This document shows, one piece after another, positions 1 to 10,486 of a stretch of DNA of 64,000 nt. The stretch comes from an uncultured Gammaproteobacteria bacterium (GTDB lineage: Bacteria > Patescibacteriota > Microgenomatia > JALYQM01). The number at the start of each line of letters is the position of its first letter. Position 1 is the first letter of the stretch. Both the position numbers and the translations under genes were made by a program. The notes beneath the pieces were generated by a model. That model had not been told where the DNA came from and ran no database searches. It saw nothing but the letters and a program-made list of their open reading frames with translations. The stretch is from the NCBI GenBank assembly GCA_964535655.1, contig CAZHTP010000004.1, forward strand, positions 139,108-203,107. Direction: 5' to 3'.

Positions 1-458
1 ACTTTTTCATTCCAGTATTTTTTACCAAGCAAATAGATTAACACCACTGAACACGCCCCTGCTGCGCTTGTTATGGCACGAACCATCCACATTGAGGAAT
101 TACCGGTTATAGTAAAGAGAAAGGCTAAGACTAGAGGATGGAGTAATCCCCAGAAAAGGTCCATTCCTTTTAAGTCCCAAACACGTAAAAACCCTTGGTG
201 CAAACCAATTTCCTTTGTAAGATAGCCTATTTGCCAATGGTGGTACGAGTCGCCAAACCATCCTGCACCCGGGTTATCTGCATCTGTGGCAATTGTAAAA
301 AAGTAGAGTCGTAAAGAAATCGCTAGGACAAAGAGCGCTACGCAAATAAATAACGTTTTTTTGCTCATCTTCTTTTTTACTACAGTAGGTTGTAGGAGGG
401 GTGTTTGAGAATCTTTAACCTCGTCATCTTCGTAGTAGCCGTCTTGGGTGGTTTTCAT
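1..458 (-). CDS. Polytopic membrane protein, probably GT-C/ArnT-like glycosyltransferase (partial, runs off window start)
   Basis: Manual translation from ATG at 458: MKTTQDGYYEDDE...LFICVALFVLAISLRLYFF...GWFGDSYHHWQIG...; TM helix ending in LRL followed by an acidic loop, as in GT-C enzymes. Confidence 0.55.
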   Translation of the reverse strand, partial: MKTTQDGYYEDDEVKDSQTPLLQPTVVKKKMSKKTLFICVALFVLAISLRLYFFTIATDADNPGAGWFGDSYHHWQIGYLTKEIGLHQGFLRVWDLKGMDLFWGLLHPLVLAFLFTITGNSSMWMVRAITSAAGACSVVLIYLLGKKYWNEK

Positions 459-522
459 ATTAGTATAATAAATGGTTTGGGGAATGAGGTAAAGGTTGTA
501 TAATGAGTTGGAAAGGAAAATT

Positions 523-1050
523 ATGAATTTAATTTTGCTACCCGGAAATGACAAAAGTAATCGTGAATGGATTGACATGGTAGAAACTTCGCTTTCTCCG
601 TTATTTGATCATACGGCAGTTCATTATTATGATCATTGGTGGTCTGAAGGGGGAGAAATAGATTTAGAAGTTGAGCTTGATAAGTTGGCGGTGACTGTCT
701 CTCAGTTTGATACGTATGTGATTTTTGCTAAGTCTGCAGGAGTTTTACTTGCTTTGTATGGTATTTTTGAAGGGATTCTCGACCCGGAAGTTTGCATTTT
801 TGTAGGAAGTGCTTTTCCTTGGGGAAAAGCTCAAGGGTATGATTTAGATAATTGGTTAATAAACTATGCAGTGCCAACCCTTTTTATACAGAAAACAGAT
901 GACCCGGCATTATCTTTTGAAGGATTGAGGTTATTGCTTTTGGATCGAAATGTTTCTGGTAATATACTCAAAGAGATACCCGGAGATGGCCATGAGTATG
1001 AAAATATTGGACAATTACGTGAGTTAACGGAAGGATTTGTTGATTTGTGA
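523..1050 (+). CDS. Alpha/beta hydrolase fold protein
   Basis: ILLPGN N-terminal strand, FAKSAG nucleophile-elbow-like motif, PTLFIQ..DDP, C-terminal GH; ATG 523 preceded by GGAAAA. Confidence 0.65.
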   Translation: MNLILLPGNDKSNREWIDMVETSLSPLFDHTAVHYYDHWWSEGGEIDLEVELDKLAVTVSQFDTYVIFAKSAGVLLALYGIFEGILDPEVCIFVGSAFPWGKAQGYDLDNWLINYAVPTLFIQKTDDPALSFEGLRLLLLDRNVSGNILKEIPGDGHEYENIGQLRELTEGFVDL

Positions 1051-1853
1051 CAATAGATTTTGATTATCAAAAGAAGGTGTGGGGGACTGCTGTTCCTTCT
1101 TGTTCTCCTTTTTCGCTGGCTGGACTTCGCTTCTATTATTTTCTTAAAAATATTCGAGGAATTTACGGTACGCTGTTGGAGATTGGATGTGGCGCCGGTG
1201 GAAATCTTCAAGCATTGCGCAAGTATCGTCCTTATCTTGAGCTGTATGGGGTAGATATCGGAAGAGCCGCTATAGAGTATGGACGCGAGCATTTTCCACT
1301 ATTACATTTACAGATTGCACCTGCGGAAGTTTTACCTTTTGAAAATGAAACTTTTGATATCGTTTGCTATTTTGATGTGCTTGAGCATGTACGTGACCCT
1401 TCCGCCTGTATAGATGAGTCCTATCGGGTACTAAAAAAAGGAGGGGTATTGCATGCGTATGTTCCTTGTGAGGGAGAGCTATTCTCGTTACATGGTATTT
1501 TAAACAAGGCTGGTCTTAATTTAAAAGAAAAGAGTGCCGGGCATATTCAAAAGTTAACGAAAAGGCAGTTAATTGCATTTTGTGAGTCAGCAGGCTTTGC
1601 TGTAACTGAGACGGCCTGGAGCTGCCATTTACTTAATCAGATTGGGGATATTGGTTATTATTTATGGCTTACCCTTAGTGGTAAAAAGTTAGAACAGTCA
1701 CTTGAAGGAAGCATAGATACTAAACCCCCTTTTATTCGAGGTTTTTTGTCCTTTAACAAAAGTTTAGCTAGCGCTATCTGGTATTGGGAATCACGCTTAC
1801 TGTGGAAAATACCTGGCGCAGGATTACATATTACTTGTAGGAAGTCATTATGA
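1047..1853 (+). CDS. Class I SAM-dependent methyltransferase (Methyltransf_11 type)
   Basis: LLEIGCGAG, YGVDI, LPFENETFD, DVLEHV, RVLKKGG. Confidence 0.9.
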   Translation: MTIDFDYQKKVWGTAVPSCSPFSLAGLRFYYFLKNIRGIYGTLLEIGCGAGGNLQALRKYRPYLELYGVDIGRAAIEYGREHFPLLHLQIAPAEVLPFENETFDIVCYFDVLEHVRDPSACIDESYRVLKKGGVLHAYVPCEGELFSLHGILNKAGLNLKEKSAGHIQKLTKRQLIAFCESAGFAVTETAWSCHLLNQIGDIGYYLWLTLSGKKLEQSLEGSIDTKPPFIRGFLSFNKSLASAIWYWESRLLWKIPGAGLHITCRKSL

Positions 1854-2938
1854 AAGTCGCACTCGTTCATGATTTTCTATTGCAGTATGGCGGTGCAGAA
1901 CGGGTGTTAGAAGAGTTTGTTGCCATGTTTCCTGGAGCAGTAATTTATACGTTATGTTTTGATGTCGTAGCCTTTCCAGAAAAGTGGAAAAAATTTACCA
2001 TCATTCCTGTTGCCAGAAGATTACCATTTATTGAACGATATCCTCAATTGTATGCGCCGTATCTTGTTGCACGAATGCATTCCATTGATTTTTCAGAATT
2101 TGATGTTGTAATTTCTTCTGATACTATTTTTGCTAAAATGATAATAAGAGGAGAAAAAACCAAACATATCTGTTATTCGTACTCTCCAGCGGATATGTTG
2201 TATCATTTTTTGCCTCAAAGGAAAAAGCGTTCAACTCTTCAAACAATATTCACAGGGATGCAAAAATCATTTTTACGTAGAGAAGATTATTTTTCTGCAC
2301 AGCTGCCTGACAAGATTATTGTTTTATCTTGCCATGTCGGAGCTCGGGTACAAAAATATTATCGAAGAGCATATGAAGTTATTTACCCCCCTGTCATTTT
2401 AAGCCAACAAACTGAGTATCTGTCTTCTCAAGGGGAGTATTATTTACTTGTATCACGATTAGTTCCTAATAAGCATATAGACTTAGCTGTAAAGTGTTGT
2501 ACTGAACATGGGATTCCATTGATTATTGTGGGTAAGGGTTCTGAACTTGCTACTTTACAGTCTTACGCAGGAATAACAGTTACTTTTGTGACCGATGCTG
2601 ATGATGCAAAACGAAATGAATTATATTGTCATTGCAGGGGAGTACTGCTTTGTAATGAAGAAGATTTTGGAATCACTCCGGTTGAGGGTATGAGTTATGG
2701 GAAAGGTGTTATTGGTTTGGGGATTGGAGGTATTCTTGAGACTGTCATCCCGCAAGTAACGGGTGTTTTCTTTGCCGAACAAAGTAGTGAAAGCTTATAC
2801 GGAGCGATTAAAGAATTTGAACGACTTTTGATCGATCCTTATGTGTGTCGAAAACAGGCAGAGAAGTTTTCTCGAACTACGTTTATTGCAGCAATTAAAC
2901 GAGTTATTGACGAAGTTAACGTAAAGCGTGTAGTCTAG
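1850..2938 (+). CDS. GT4 family glycosyltransferase
   Basis: MKVALVHDFL.QYGGAERV, VIYPPV, SRLVPNK, EDFGITPVEGM. Confidence 0.92.
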   Translation: MKVALVHDFLLQYGGAERVLEEFVAMFPGAVIYTLCFDVVAFPEKWKKFTIIPVARRLPFIERYPQLYAPYLVARMHSIDFSEFDVVISSDTIFAKMIIRGEKTKHICYSYSPADMLYHFLPQRKKRSTLQTIFTGMQKSFLRREDYFSAQLPDKIIVLSCHVGARVQKYYRRAYEVIYPPVILSQQTEYLSSQGEYYLLVSRLVPNKHIDLAVKCCTEHGIPLIIVGKGSELATLQSYAGITVTFVTDADDAKRNELYCHCRGVLLCNEEDFGITPVEGMSYGKGVIGLGIGGILETVIPQVTGVFFAEQSSESLYGAIKEFERLLIDPYVCRKQAEKFSRTTFIAAIKRVIDEVNVKRVV

Positions 2939-2948
2939 TTCTACACCT

Positions 2949-3413
2949 ATGATAAAAGGATTAATTCCCTATATTTTATTGTTTTGTTTTTTGTGGTTTA
3001 TGCCTGATATTTTTGTGTTTTCTAAGAATATATCAAATTATATCTATAAGGAAGCCACTGTCAGTCAGTACTCTCGGGTAGAGATTAAGGTAGTAAAAAA
3101 ACTTCCCTACCTTCCTTTAAAATTTGGCGTACTGGCACCAGGTCAGAAAAATTTGCGAGTCGAATTCCTTGATACTACAAAAGATTATGCGATAAGCGCG
3201 CCAATTAATGAAGAAGGTGTTGCTGTAATCGAAGTGATGCCTCACGGAACATATAGGATGTTGGTTGCTCCTGAAGTAGCGTTGCCCCGAGCGGATATTC
3301 TTGAACTTGAGTCAGTTGGACAATCTGTTTTTGATCCTAATACTGTTTTACCGACTTCGGTTGATACGGTGACTGTAACATCGGATCTGTTTATTGCACC
3401 TGTTATTAAATAA
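2949..3413 (+). CDS. Hypothetical exported protein
   Basis: N-terminal hydrophobic segment; stop overlaps the next start. Confidence 0.6.
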   Translation: MIKGLIPYILLFCFLWFMPDIFVFSKNISNYIYKEATVSQYSRVEIKVVKKLPYLPLKFGVLAPGQKNLRVEFLDTTKDYAISAPINEEGVAVIEVMPHGTYRMLVAPEVALPRADILELESVGQSVFDPNTVLPTSVDTVTVTSDLFIAPVIK

Positions 3414-4519
3414 TGAAGAAAGTTAGCTTATTTTTCTTGGGATTTATTGTTACCGTGTCGGTAGGTATTTCCTTGCTTTCATTTTTTGTTTCTTCAAAAA
3501 AGGCAGTAGTTCTTTCACCGTCTCTTATGGATGTTAATCCAGCTTCAGCTTCAGAATTAGGAACCTCGATACCTTCCCCTTATGTGGTTTACGAAGCTCT
3601 CTCGCTTGAGAGCATTTTTTCTGCTAATCGTTATAAAAAAACTGATGAAGATGTAACCATTGTTGCGACAGGAGACGTTATTCCTGCTCGAGTTACTAAT
3701 TCAAAAATTGTTGCAAAAGGTGTGGACTATCCGTTTGCGAAAATCGACTCTTTATTAAAAGGTAGTGATCTTTCGGTAATTAATTTAGAATCGCCACTTC
3801 TTAAAAATTGTCAGACCACTGTTGAAGGGATGAGCTTTTGTGGAGCGGCTGGATTTGCTGCTGCAATGAAGCGCCATGGGGTTGGCCTTGCAACACTGGA
3901 GAACAATCATATTGGTAATCAGGGAATTCAAGGAATTACCGAAACAAAAAACCAACTTGCCGCTCAAGGTATACCTTTTGCTCGTTATGATCAGCCTTTT
4001 ATAACTACGATAAAAGGAGAGAAATTTGGATTTTTGCCTGTTAATGGTGTTGGGATTGCAATAGATCGCGTATTATTGGCTTCGCGAATTAGTTTATTGC
4101 GCCCTAAAGTTGATGTGCTTATTGTTTGCGTACATTGGGGTAAAGAGTATACCTATGATCCAGTCGCTGCGCCGGGGATTGCTCCTGATGATCCTCAAGA
4201 AATTGCTCACATCATGATTGATAGTGGAGCCGATGTTGTATTGGGAAATCATCCTCATTGGGTGCAAGGGGTTGAACTGTATAAAGAGGGATTTATCTCT
4301 TATGCTCATGGGAATTTTATTTTTGACCAGGAATGGTCGCAGGAAACAAAAAAAGGCGTTGTGGGATCATATACTTTTGCGCATGGAAAACTCGTGGCAG
4401 TGCACTTTACTCCAATTATTATTGAAGATTATTCACAACCTCGTGAAGCTACACTTGAAGAGGGGAGTGCAATACTTGATTTAATGAGACAGAGTAGTAT
4501 ACGAATTGGAAATCGTTAG
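3413..4519 (+). CDS. CapA family (PGA_cap) metallophosphatase, membrane anchored
   Basis: ATGDV, INLESP, LENNHIGN.G, VHWGKEY, GNHPHWVQG, GNFIFDQ. Confidence 0.92.
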   Translation: MKKVSLFFLGFIVTVSVGISLLSFFVSSKKAVVLSPSLMDVNPASASELGTSIPSPYVVYEALSLESIFSANRYKKTDEDVTIVATGDVIPARVTNSKIVAKGVDYPFAKIDSLLKGSDLSVINLESPLLKNCQTTVEGMSFCGAAGFAAAMKRHGVGLATLENNHIGNQGIQGITETKNQLAAQGIPFARYDQPFITTIKGEKFGFLPVNGVGIAIDRVLLASRISLLRPKVDVLIVCVHWGKEYTYDPVAAPGIAPDDPQEIAHIMIDSGADVVLGNHPHWVQGVELYKEGFISYAHGNFIFDQEWSQETKKGVVGSYTFAHGKLVAVHFTPIIIEDYSQPREATLEEGSAILDLMRQSSIRIGNR

Positions 4520-4520
4520 A

Positions 4521-6803
4521 TTATTCAGCTTTTGGTACTGTGAAAATGAATTTTGCGCCTTTCCCTTCTTCCGATTCGACCCATATTTTACCACCGTGCA
4601 TTAGCACAATAGATTTAGAAATGTAGAGACCGAGCCCGTTTCCTTTTGATCCTTGTTCAAGTTTTCCTGAGACCCTAAAAAACTTCTCAAATAAGTGGTT
4701 TTGTGCCGATTTAGGTATTCCTTGGCCATTATCTGATACAGAGGTTTCTATCCATGTTCCATCGGCGCTGACGTGCGATTCAACAGTTACCCATCCACCT
4801 TCTTGGGTGTAATTAATTGCATTTGAAACTAAATTAGAAACGACTTCATTAATACGTAATTTATCGACAAAGGCAATTAATTTTGGATCGATTTCTTTAA
4901 CCGTGAGTGTGATATTTTTATTTTTTGCTCGCTCTTTAAATATCTCTACTACTTCAACAACATTTGGCCCCCACTGCTCATTTTTCGTATTAATTGAAAG
5001 TATTCCTTTTTCAATTTTGGTTACATTGAGCATGTTTTCTACTAGAGCGAGTAACTGTTCAGCACTAATTGAGATACGATCGACCAATCCTTTCCATTCG
5101 ATTAGCTGTTTGCTTGTGCTACCTTCCATTTCTTCTCCGAGTACGCTTGAGTAGCCTCGGATAGAGGTTATTGGTGTACGTAATTCGTGTGCTGCCATCG
5201 AGACGAAATCTAGCTTCATTTCTTCAAGTTGAGCCTCGCTCGTTACATCGTGTAAGGTAATAATTACTCCTAAATTTGCAAAATCACCTTCTCTAATTTT
5301 TCCTGTAATTATATTGACAGTAGCGCCTTTGCCGCTTACTGATTTTAATGTTAATTTATTTTTTTGATAAATTACTCCCTCAAAAATCTCAGCATTTTCT
5401 GGACAGTAATCGGAAACTGATAGTTTATTATCGTCATCAATGAATGTAATCAAGCTTTCAATTGGTTTACCCAAGGCATTGATTCCTGGAATGTTAGTTA
5501 ACTGTTGTGCTGCTTTGTTAAAAGTAACAATCTCATTCTGCTTATTTAAGGCTATAACCGCGTCAGTGATACCACTCATTACAATTTCGAGCATATTGCG
5601 TTCTGCCGAAATTGTTTCTTTCTCAGTATTTAGTTCAGTGTTAACTTTATTTAAATCATTGTCGCGCAATTTTAAATCAAAGATCACTTGCTTTAGTCTT
5701 TTTGCCATTTCTTTAAATGAATTTCCTAAATCTTCTATTTCGTCGTGTGTTTGAATATCTAACTTATAATCAAAATTGCCTTTACCAAGTTCACTTGCTC
5801 CAGCTTGCAACTTTCTAATTGGTAGTGTAATGGAGCGACTAACACGTAAAATACTGATTAAAACAAGTAATGTTAATCCTGCGGTGATCGCGATAATGGT
5901 TGTTCTTAAGCTATTGCTGACAGAAAATGCGTGGTCTTTAGCTTGCGCTACTACGAAGGTAAATACAAGATCATCTGTTTTTCTGCAGCGGAACGAACCG
6001 TATACGTCTACATTTTGATAGTCTTTCCAAAATAAGGCACTGCCTTCACGACCTGTAAGACAACTCTGATAGGGAAATGTATTTTTGGGGTTATTTGCTA
6101 TTTCGCCGTGGAGATTGGTAAGGGGAATGCCAGCTTCATCAAGTACATAGATTTCTCCTGAATCAATGTTGTCGCTGTTATTTATAGATTGAGTTGTGTA
6201 AAGATTTCCTTCAATTAGTGACTTGATAACGCTCGTGTTATATTCAACAACGAGTGTTGCCGCAAGTTTATTATCATTTCTTTTTAAAAATGGCGCTGTT
6301 AACGCTATTACTCTGACACCTGAGCTTAAGGTTTCGATAGATCGATAGTGAGGAGTCCGAATAAGGATATCTTTAATAGCCTCATCTTTATTGCGTATAG
6401 GCTTTCCTATATCATCTGTTGTTGTTGAAATTATGATTTCCCCTTTATTGTTGATGATGTAGATTTGCTCAATAAAAGGATTTTCGCGACGTATTGATAC
6501 CAATGAAGAAAAAATATCATCCTTATCGATATCCTCACCTATCGTATAGGCTTCCATTTGGGAAAGTAAGATGTCTTGCGCTGCTATACTTTTAATCCAG
6601 GCTTTATTGCTTTCGAGATAGTTAAGCAGGTTTCGTTCATGAAGCTCTACATTTTTATTGAAAAATGTGGCTAAGGTTTGCGTATATTGCTGTTGTACAG
6701 TTCTGTTCACAATAATTGTTACTATCGCCAGAGGGAGAATTGCGAATAAAAAGAACAGCAATAATAATTTTGTGCGAAAAGAATATCGCCATGCGTGCCA
6801 CAT
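4521..6803 (-). CDS. Sensor histidine kinase (Cache-like periplasmic domain, HAMP, PAS, HisKA, HATPase)
   Basis: Two TM helices, HAMP (PIRKL...DEIEDLGNSF), AHELRTP, NLVSNAINY, DNGQGI, GLGLYI. Confidence 0.95.
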   Translation of the reverse strand: MWHAWRYSFRTKLLLLFFLFAILPLAIVTIIVNRTVQQQYTQTLATFFNKNVELHERNLLNYLESNKAWIKSIAAQDILLSQMEAYTIGEDIDKDDIFSSLVSIRRENPFIEQIYIINNKGEIIISTTTDDIGKPIRNKDEAIKDILIRTPHYRSIETLSSGVRVIALTAPFLKRNDNKLAATLVVEYNTSVIKSLIEGNLYTTQSINNSDNIDSGEIYVLDEAGIPLTNLHGEIANNPKNTFPYQSCLTGREGSALFWKDYQNVDVYGSFRCRKTDDLVFTFVVAQAKDHAFSVSNSLRTTIIAITAGLTLLVLISILRVSRSITLPIRKLQAGASELGKGNFDYKLDIQTHDEIEDLGNSFKEMAKRLKQVIFDLKLRDNDLNKVNTELNTEKETISAERNMLEIVMSGITDAVIALNKQNEIVTFNKAAQQLTNIPGINALGKPIESLITFIDDDNKLSVSDYCPENAEIFEGVIYQKNKLTLKSVSGKGATVNIITGKIREGDFANLGVIITLHDVTSEAQLEEMKLDFVSMAAHELRTPITSIRGYSSVLGEEMEGSTSKQLIEWKGLVDRISISAEQLLALVENMLNVTKIEKGILSINTKNEQWGPNVVEVVEIFKERAKNKNITLTVKEIDPKLIAFVDKLRINEVVSNLVSNAINYTQEGGWVTVESHVSADGTWIETSVSDNGQGIPKSAQNHLFEKFFRVSGKLEQGSKGNGLGLYISKSIVLMHGGKIWVESEEGKGAKFIFTVPKAE

Positions 6804-6810
6804 GTTAGCC

Positions 6811-8103
6811 TTACTGTTGTACGGTATATGTTTCTATGAGCGAAACCTTTTTATCCTTAATTCTCTGGATCGCATAAGGCAGGGAGATGACATCTCCATT
6901 TCGATCGAAGGTAACTTTCCCTGATGCTCCATCGTAATTATTCTGAGTATAGAGATATTCGCCAATTTTGTCGGTATTGTTTGATCCAACTTTTTCGTAT
7001 GCTTCTTTATACATAAACACTAGATCATAGATCGCGACTAGGTCTGTAGGGTAGGTATTGTCTTTGCCATATTCTTCTTTATAGAGGTCGATTATATGTT
7101 TCCCTTTAGGGTTATTCTCATCGAAAAAGGTTTCAATTCCAACAACATCGTCAAGAACTTTACCTTGCTTAGGAATTTCATCACGAGTAAGTAGTACCTC
7201 GGCTGTTAACATCTTGGCGGTTGATCCGGAGTTTTTGAGACCTTGTACAATTAATACCCCAGGTGTAGGAGTTTGAGGAACCATATACACAACGTCAACT
7301 TTTTCTTTGTTTACTTTCTGGATAAATTCGGTAAATTTTGTTGACCCGGTTTCGTACTGTTCACTAAGCATTACTTTACCACCAGCTTTTTCAAATTCAT
7401 CTTTAAATATGCCAACTAGCGCGTTAGCGTAATTGGTATTTTCTCCAATTACAGCTGCTGTTTTTGCACTCATTTTGTTGATGGCGTATTGTGCAGCGGC
7501 TTTCCCTGCTAATGAGTCGGATGATATGTTACGAAAAACATATTTGCCTAATTTGCTGATTTCAGGACTGGTGGCAGAACCTGTGATTGTTATAATTTTT
7601 TTCTTTTGTGCTATCGGTGCTACAGCTAAGAACTCATCAGAGCATTCGCCACCGTGAATTAAATCTACTCCAATTTCATTTATCAACTTTTGTGCAGCAA
7701 TTGCGGCGTCTTGAGCTGTGCAGCGTCCATCTTCGAAAATAAATTTGACTGGGCGACCACCCATGCCACCTTGCTTATTAATTTCCTTTTCAATAACAAG
7801 TGAAGCCTGTTTTGCAGGAACCCCAAATGAGGCCCCATCACCTGTTAATGGTATAACTTCCCCTATGAGAAATGGCTTGTCTGAATTTGATGTTACAGGC
7901 GCGGTGTTACTTGTTGAACTTGCTGGTTGTTTGCTCTTAAGAAATAATCCTAATCCTCCTCCTAATGCTAATCCTGCGACAATGCAAATTGTGCCGAGGA
8001 TTATCACTTTAGAATTTGAATTTTTTATCTGTTCTGCTGTATTTGAATTTATCGTATCTTTGAGAGGAGCGGGTGACACAGTATTGTTTGTTTGATCATT
8101 CAT
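6811..8103 (-). CDS. Membrane-anchored LivJ/LivK-like (type I periplasmic binding protein) ligand-binding protein
   Basis: IGEVIPLTG, INKQGGMGGRPV..ED, YVFR, GASGKVTFD.NGD. Confidence 0.9.
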   Translation of the reverse strand: MNDQTNNTVSPAPLKDTINSNTAEQIKNSNSKVIILGTICIVAGLALGGGLGLFLKSKQPASSTSNTAPVTSNSDKPFLIGEVIPLTGDGASFGVPAKQASLVIEKEINKQGGMGGRPVKFIFEDGRCTAQDAAIAAQKLINEIGVDLIHGGECSDEFLAVAPIAQKKKIITITGSATSPEISKLGKYVFRNISSDSLAGKAAAQYAINKMSAKTAAVIGENTNYANALVGIFKDEFEKAGGKVMLSEQYETGSTKFTEFIQKVNKEKVDVVYMVPQTPTPGVLIVQGLKNSGSTAKMLTAEVLLTRDEIPKQGKVLDDVVGIETFFDENNPKGKHIIDLYKEEYGKDNTYPTDLVAIYDLVFMYKEAYEKVGSNNTDKIGEYLYTQNNYDGASGKVTFDRNGDVISLPYAIQRIKDKKVSLIETYTVQQ

Positions 8104-8178
8104 ATGAGATTTTGGGTACTACTATATCTACTGTAGAAGAACCTAAAGGATGATGTCAACGGGAGCGTGTTTTGCTTG

Positions 8179-8251
8179 TCGGAGACGTGAGATTCGAACT
8201 CACGACCTCAGCGTCCCGAACGCTGCGCTCTACCAACTGAGCTAGTCCCCG
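8179..8251 (-). tRNA. tRNA-Pro(CGG)
   Basis: CGGGGAC/GTCTCCG acceptor stem, anticodon arm CAGCG-TTCGGGA-CGCTG, T-loop TTCGAAT. Confidence 0.95.
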
Positions 8252-8280
8252 ATATTTTACCTAAAAATTATACTAAATAG

Positions 8281-8351
8281 TGGACCTGAGGGGAATTGAA
8301 CCCCTGTCTGTGCATTGCGAACGCACTGTTCTACCCCTGAACCACAGGCCC
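8281..8351 (-). tRNA. tRNA-Ala(CGC)
   Basis: GGGCCTG/CAGGTCC acceptor with G3:U70, anticodon loop TTCGCAA, T-loop TTCAATT. Confidence 0.93.
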
Positions 8352-8391
8352 ATATTGTTTGTTCTCTGCGTGAGGTATTATACTCCTTATT

Positions 8392-8718
8392 ATGACTGAT
8401 TTGACTAAACAAAAATGTGTTCCCTGCGAAGAGGGAGTTGAGCCTTTAAAGCGTTCTGAATTTTCTCAGTACCTTGAACAGGTAAAAGAATGGACCGTTC
8501 TTAATGATCGCGAGTTACAGCGGGAATTTAAGTTTAAGAATTTTCAAGAAGCGCTCAATTTTATAAATAAAGTTGGTGCTATTGCCGAGGAAGAAGGTCA
8601 TCACCCAGATATCTATCTTTATGGATGGAATAAAGTTCGCTTTACCTTAATGACTCATGCGATTGGTGGGCTCTCAATTAATGACTTTGTTCTGGCTTCA
8701 AAAATTGATTTGCTTTAA
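8392..8718 (+). CDS. phhB: Pterin-4a-carbinolamine dehydratase
   Basis: CVPC, FKFKNF, AEEEGHHPDI, THAIGGLSINDF. Confidence 0.92.
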   Translation: MTDLTKQKCVPCEEGVEPLKRSEFSQYLEQVKEWTVLNDRELQREFKFKNFQEALNFINKVGAIAEEEGHHPDIYLYGWNKVRFTLMTHAIGGLSINDFVLASKIDLL

Positions 8719-8892
8719 TATTTATTCTCTCTATTCAATTATTTTACGTTAGTTTTTGTTTTTTTAATAGACTTATTTCCCACTTGTATTTTGGGTATTA
8801 TTTGGGTAATGTAGGTTTATTACATGATAATATAACTCGTCAACTCTTTTATCATTTATTTTATTAAGTGGGGGCGAAGAAAGGCAAAGCGT

Positions 8893-10014
8893 ATGGCTAA
8901 GCAAACAGGAAAAGCAGATGTGCAAGTTGAGAACTTGCAAGGGGATTCTAATAAAGCTGCAAAATTGCAGGCACTGCAAACAGCAATGCAACAAATTCAA
9001 AAATCGTATGGTCAAGGTTCGATTATGAAACTTGGTGAACAACAAGCAATGCAAGTTGAAGTTGTTCCCACTGGTTCAATCGCTTTGGATTTAGCATTAG
9101 GAGTAGGTGGCATACCTAAAGGTCGTATTATTGAAATTTATGGTCCGGAAGCCTCAGGTAAAACGACTGTTTGTTTGCATATCATTGCGGAATCGCAAAA
9201 AGCAGGAGGGACCGCTGCTTTTATTGATGCTGAACATGCTTTGGATCCAGTTCGTGCTCAGACTATTGGTGTAGATTTAGATAATTTACTTATTTCTCAG
9301 CCAGATACAGGAGAGCAGGCTTTAGAGATTGCTGAGCAACTTATTCGCTCTGGTGCTGTGGATGTTCTTGTCATTGATTCCGTAGCGGCACTTGTACCAC
9401 GTAGTGAAATTGAAGGTGAAATGGGTGATGCAACGATGGGTGTGCAGGCTCGCTTGATGTCGCAGGCTTTACGAAAACTAACTGCGGTAATTAGTCGCTC
9501 TAAAACAATTGTTATTTTCACTAACCAATTGCGTCAGAAGATTGGTGTGATGTTTGGAAACCCTGAAACAACGACAGGAGGTATGGCACTTAAATTCTAC
9601 TCTTCTATTCGAATGGATATTCGGAAGATTGAAAATATTAAAGGCACAGGGGACAAGATTATTGGCTCCCGGCATCGAGTTAAAGTTGTTAAAAATAAAG
9701 TTGCACCACCTTTTAGAGTTGCTGAATTTGATATGGATGAAAAAGGAATCTCTTTTGCAGGTGGTTTGATTGATGTTGGAATTGAACTTAATGTACTGGT
9801 TAAAGCAGGATCCTTTATTAAACATGATGGTGCTTTATTGGGGCAAGGGCGGGAAGCTGCAAAGGATACCCTTAAGAGTGATCCAGCTTTAGCTCAGAAA
9901 ATTTATGCTGAGATTATGACCGAATGGAAGAAACAGGAAGGCAAGAGCGGTGCTGAACTAGTTGTAGGACAGGATAATGAAGCTATTGATAATGATTTAG
10001 ATATGGAGGGATAA
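8893..10014 (+). CDS. recA: Recombinase RecA
   Basis: [44 protein letters not shown]. Confidence 0.99.
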   Translation: MAKQTGKADVQVENLQGDSNKAAKLQALQTAMQQIQKSYGQGSIMKLGEQQAMQVEVVPTGSIALDLALGVGGIPKGRIIEIYGPEASGKTTVCLHIIAESQKAGGTAAFIDAEHALDPVRAQTIGVDLDNLLISQPDTGEQALEIAEQLIRSGAVDVLVIDSVAALVPRSEIEGEMGDATMGVQARLMSQALRKLTAVISRSKTIVIFTNQLRQKIGVMFGNPETTTGGMALKFYSSIRMDIRKIENIKGTGDKIIGSRHRVKVVKNKVAPPFRVAEFDMDEKGISFAGGLIDVGIELNVLVKAGSFIKHDGALLGQGREAAKDTLKSDPALAQKIYAEIMTEWKKQEGKSGAELVVGQDNEAIDNDLDMEG

Positions 10015-10017
10015 CCT

Positions 10018-10482
10018 ATGTCGCCAGTTATTCCAATCTCCTCTCGATTTAAATTAATTGCTTCTGTTTATCTTTTTCTAATAAAAGAAAATGGACATAA
10101 CGGAAAAGAAATCTTGCTTTTAAGAAGAGCCAATACTGGTTATCAAGATGGTAAGTATGGTCTTCCCTCGGGACATTTAGATGGAGGCGAGCCACTTAGT
10201 GCCGGAATGAGTAGAGAAGCAAAAGAAGAGATTGGAATTACCATATATACTGATAACCTAAAATTGGTTCATATTATGCATCGTATGGATGAAGATGAAC
10301 GAATGGATTTTTTCTTTGATGCTCAGTTTTTTGAAGGTGAGATTGTTAATAACGAACCTGATAAATGTGATGACTTGTCTTGGTTTCCTGTTTCAAATCT
10401 TCCTGAGAATACCATTCCTTATATAAAGAGCGCGATTGAACATTATTTGAATGGAGACCTTTATTCAGAGTTTGGGTGGTAA
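10018..10482 (+). CDS. NUDIX hydrolase
   Basis: Nudix box GHLDGGE...SREAKEEIG; NNEPDKCDDL.W. Confidence 0.92.
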   Translation: MSPVIPISSRFKLIASVYLFLIKENGHNGKEILLLRRANTGYQDGKYGLPSGHLDGGEPLSAGMSREAKEEIGITIYTDNLKLVHIMHRMDEDERMDFFFDAQFFEGEIVNNEPDKCDDLSWFPVSNLPENTIPYIKSAIEHYLNGDLYSEFGW

Positions 10483-10486
10483 CAGT

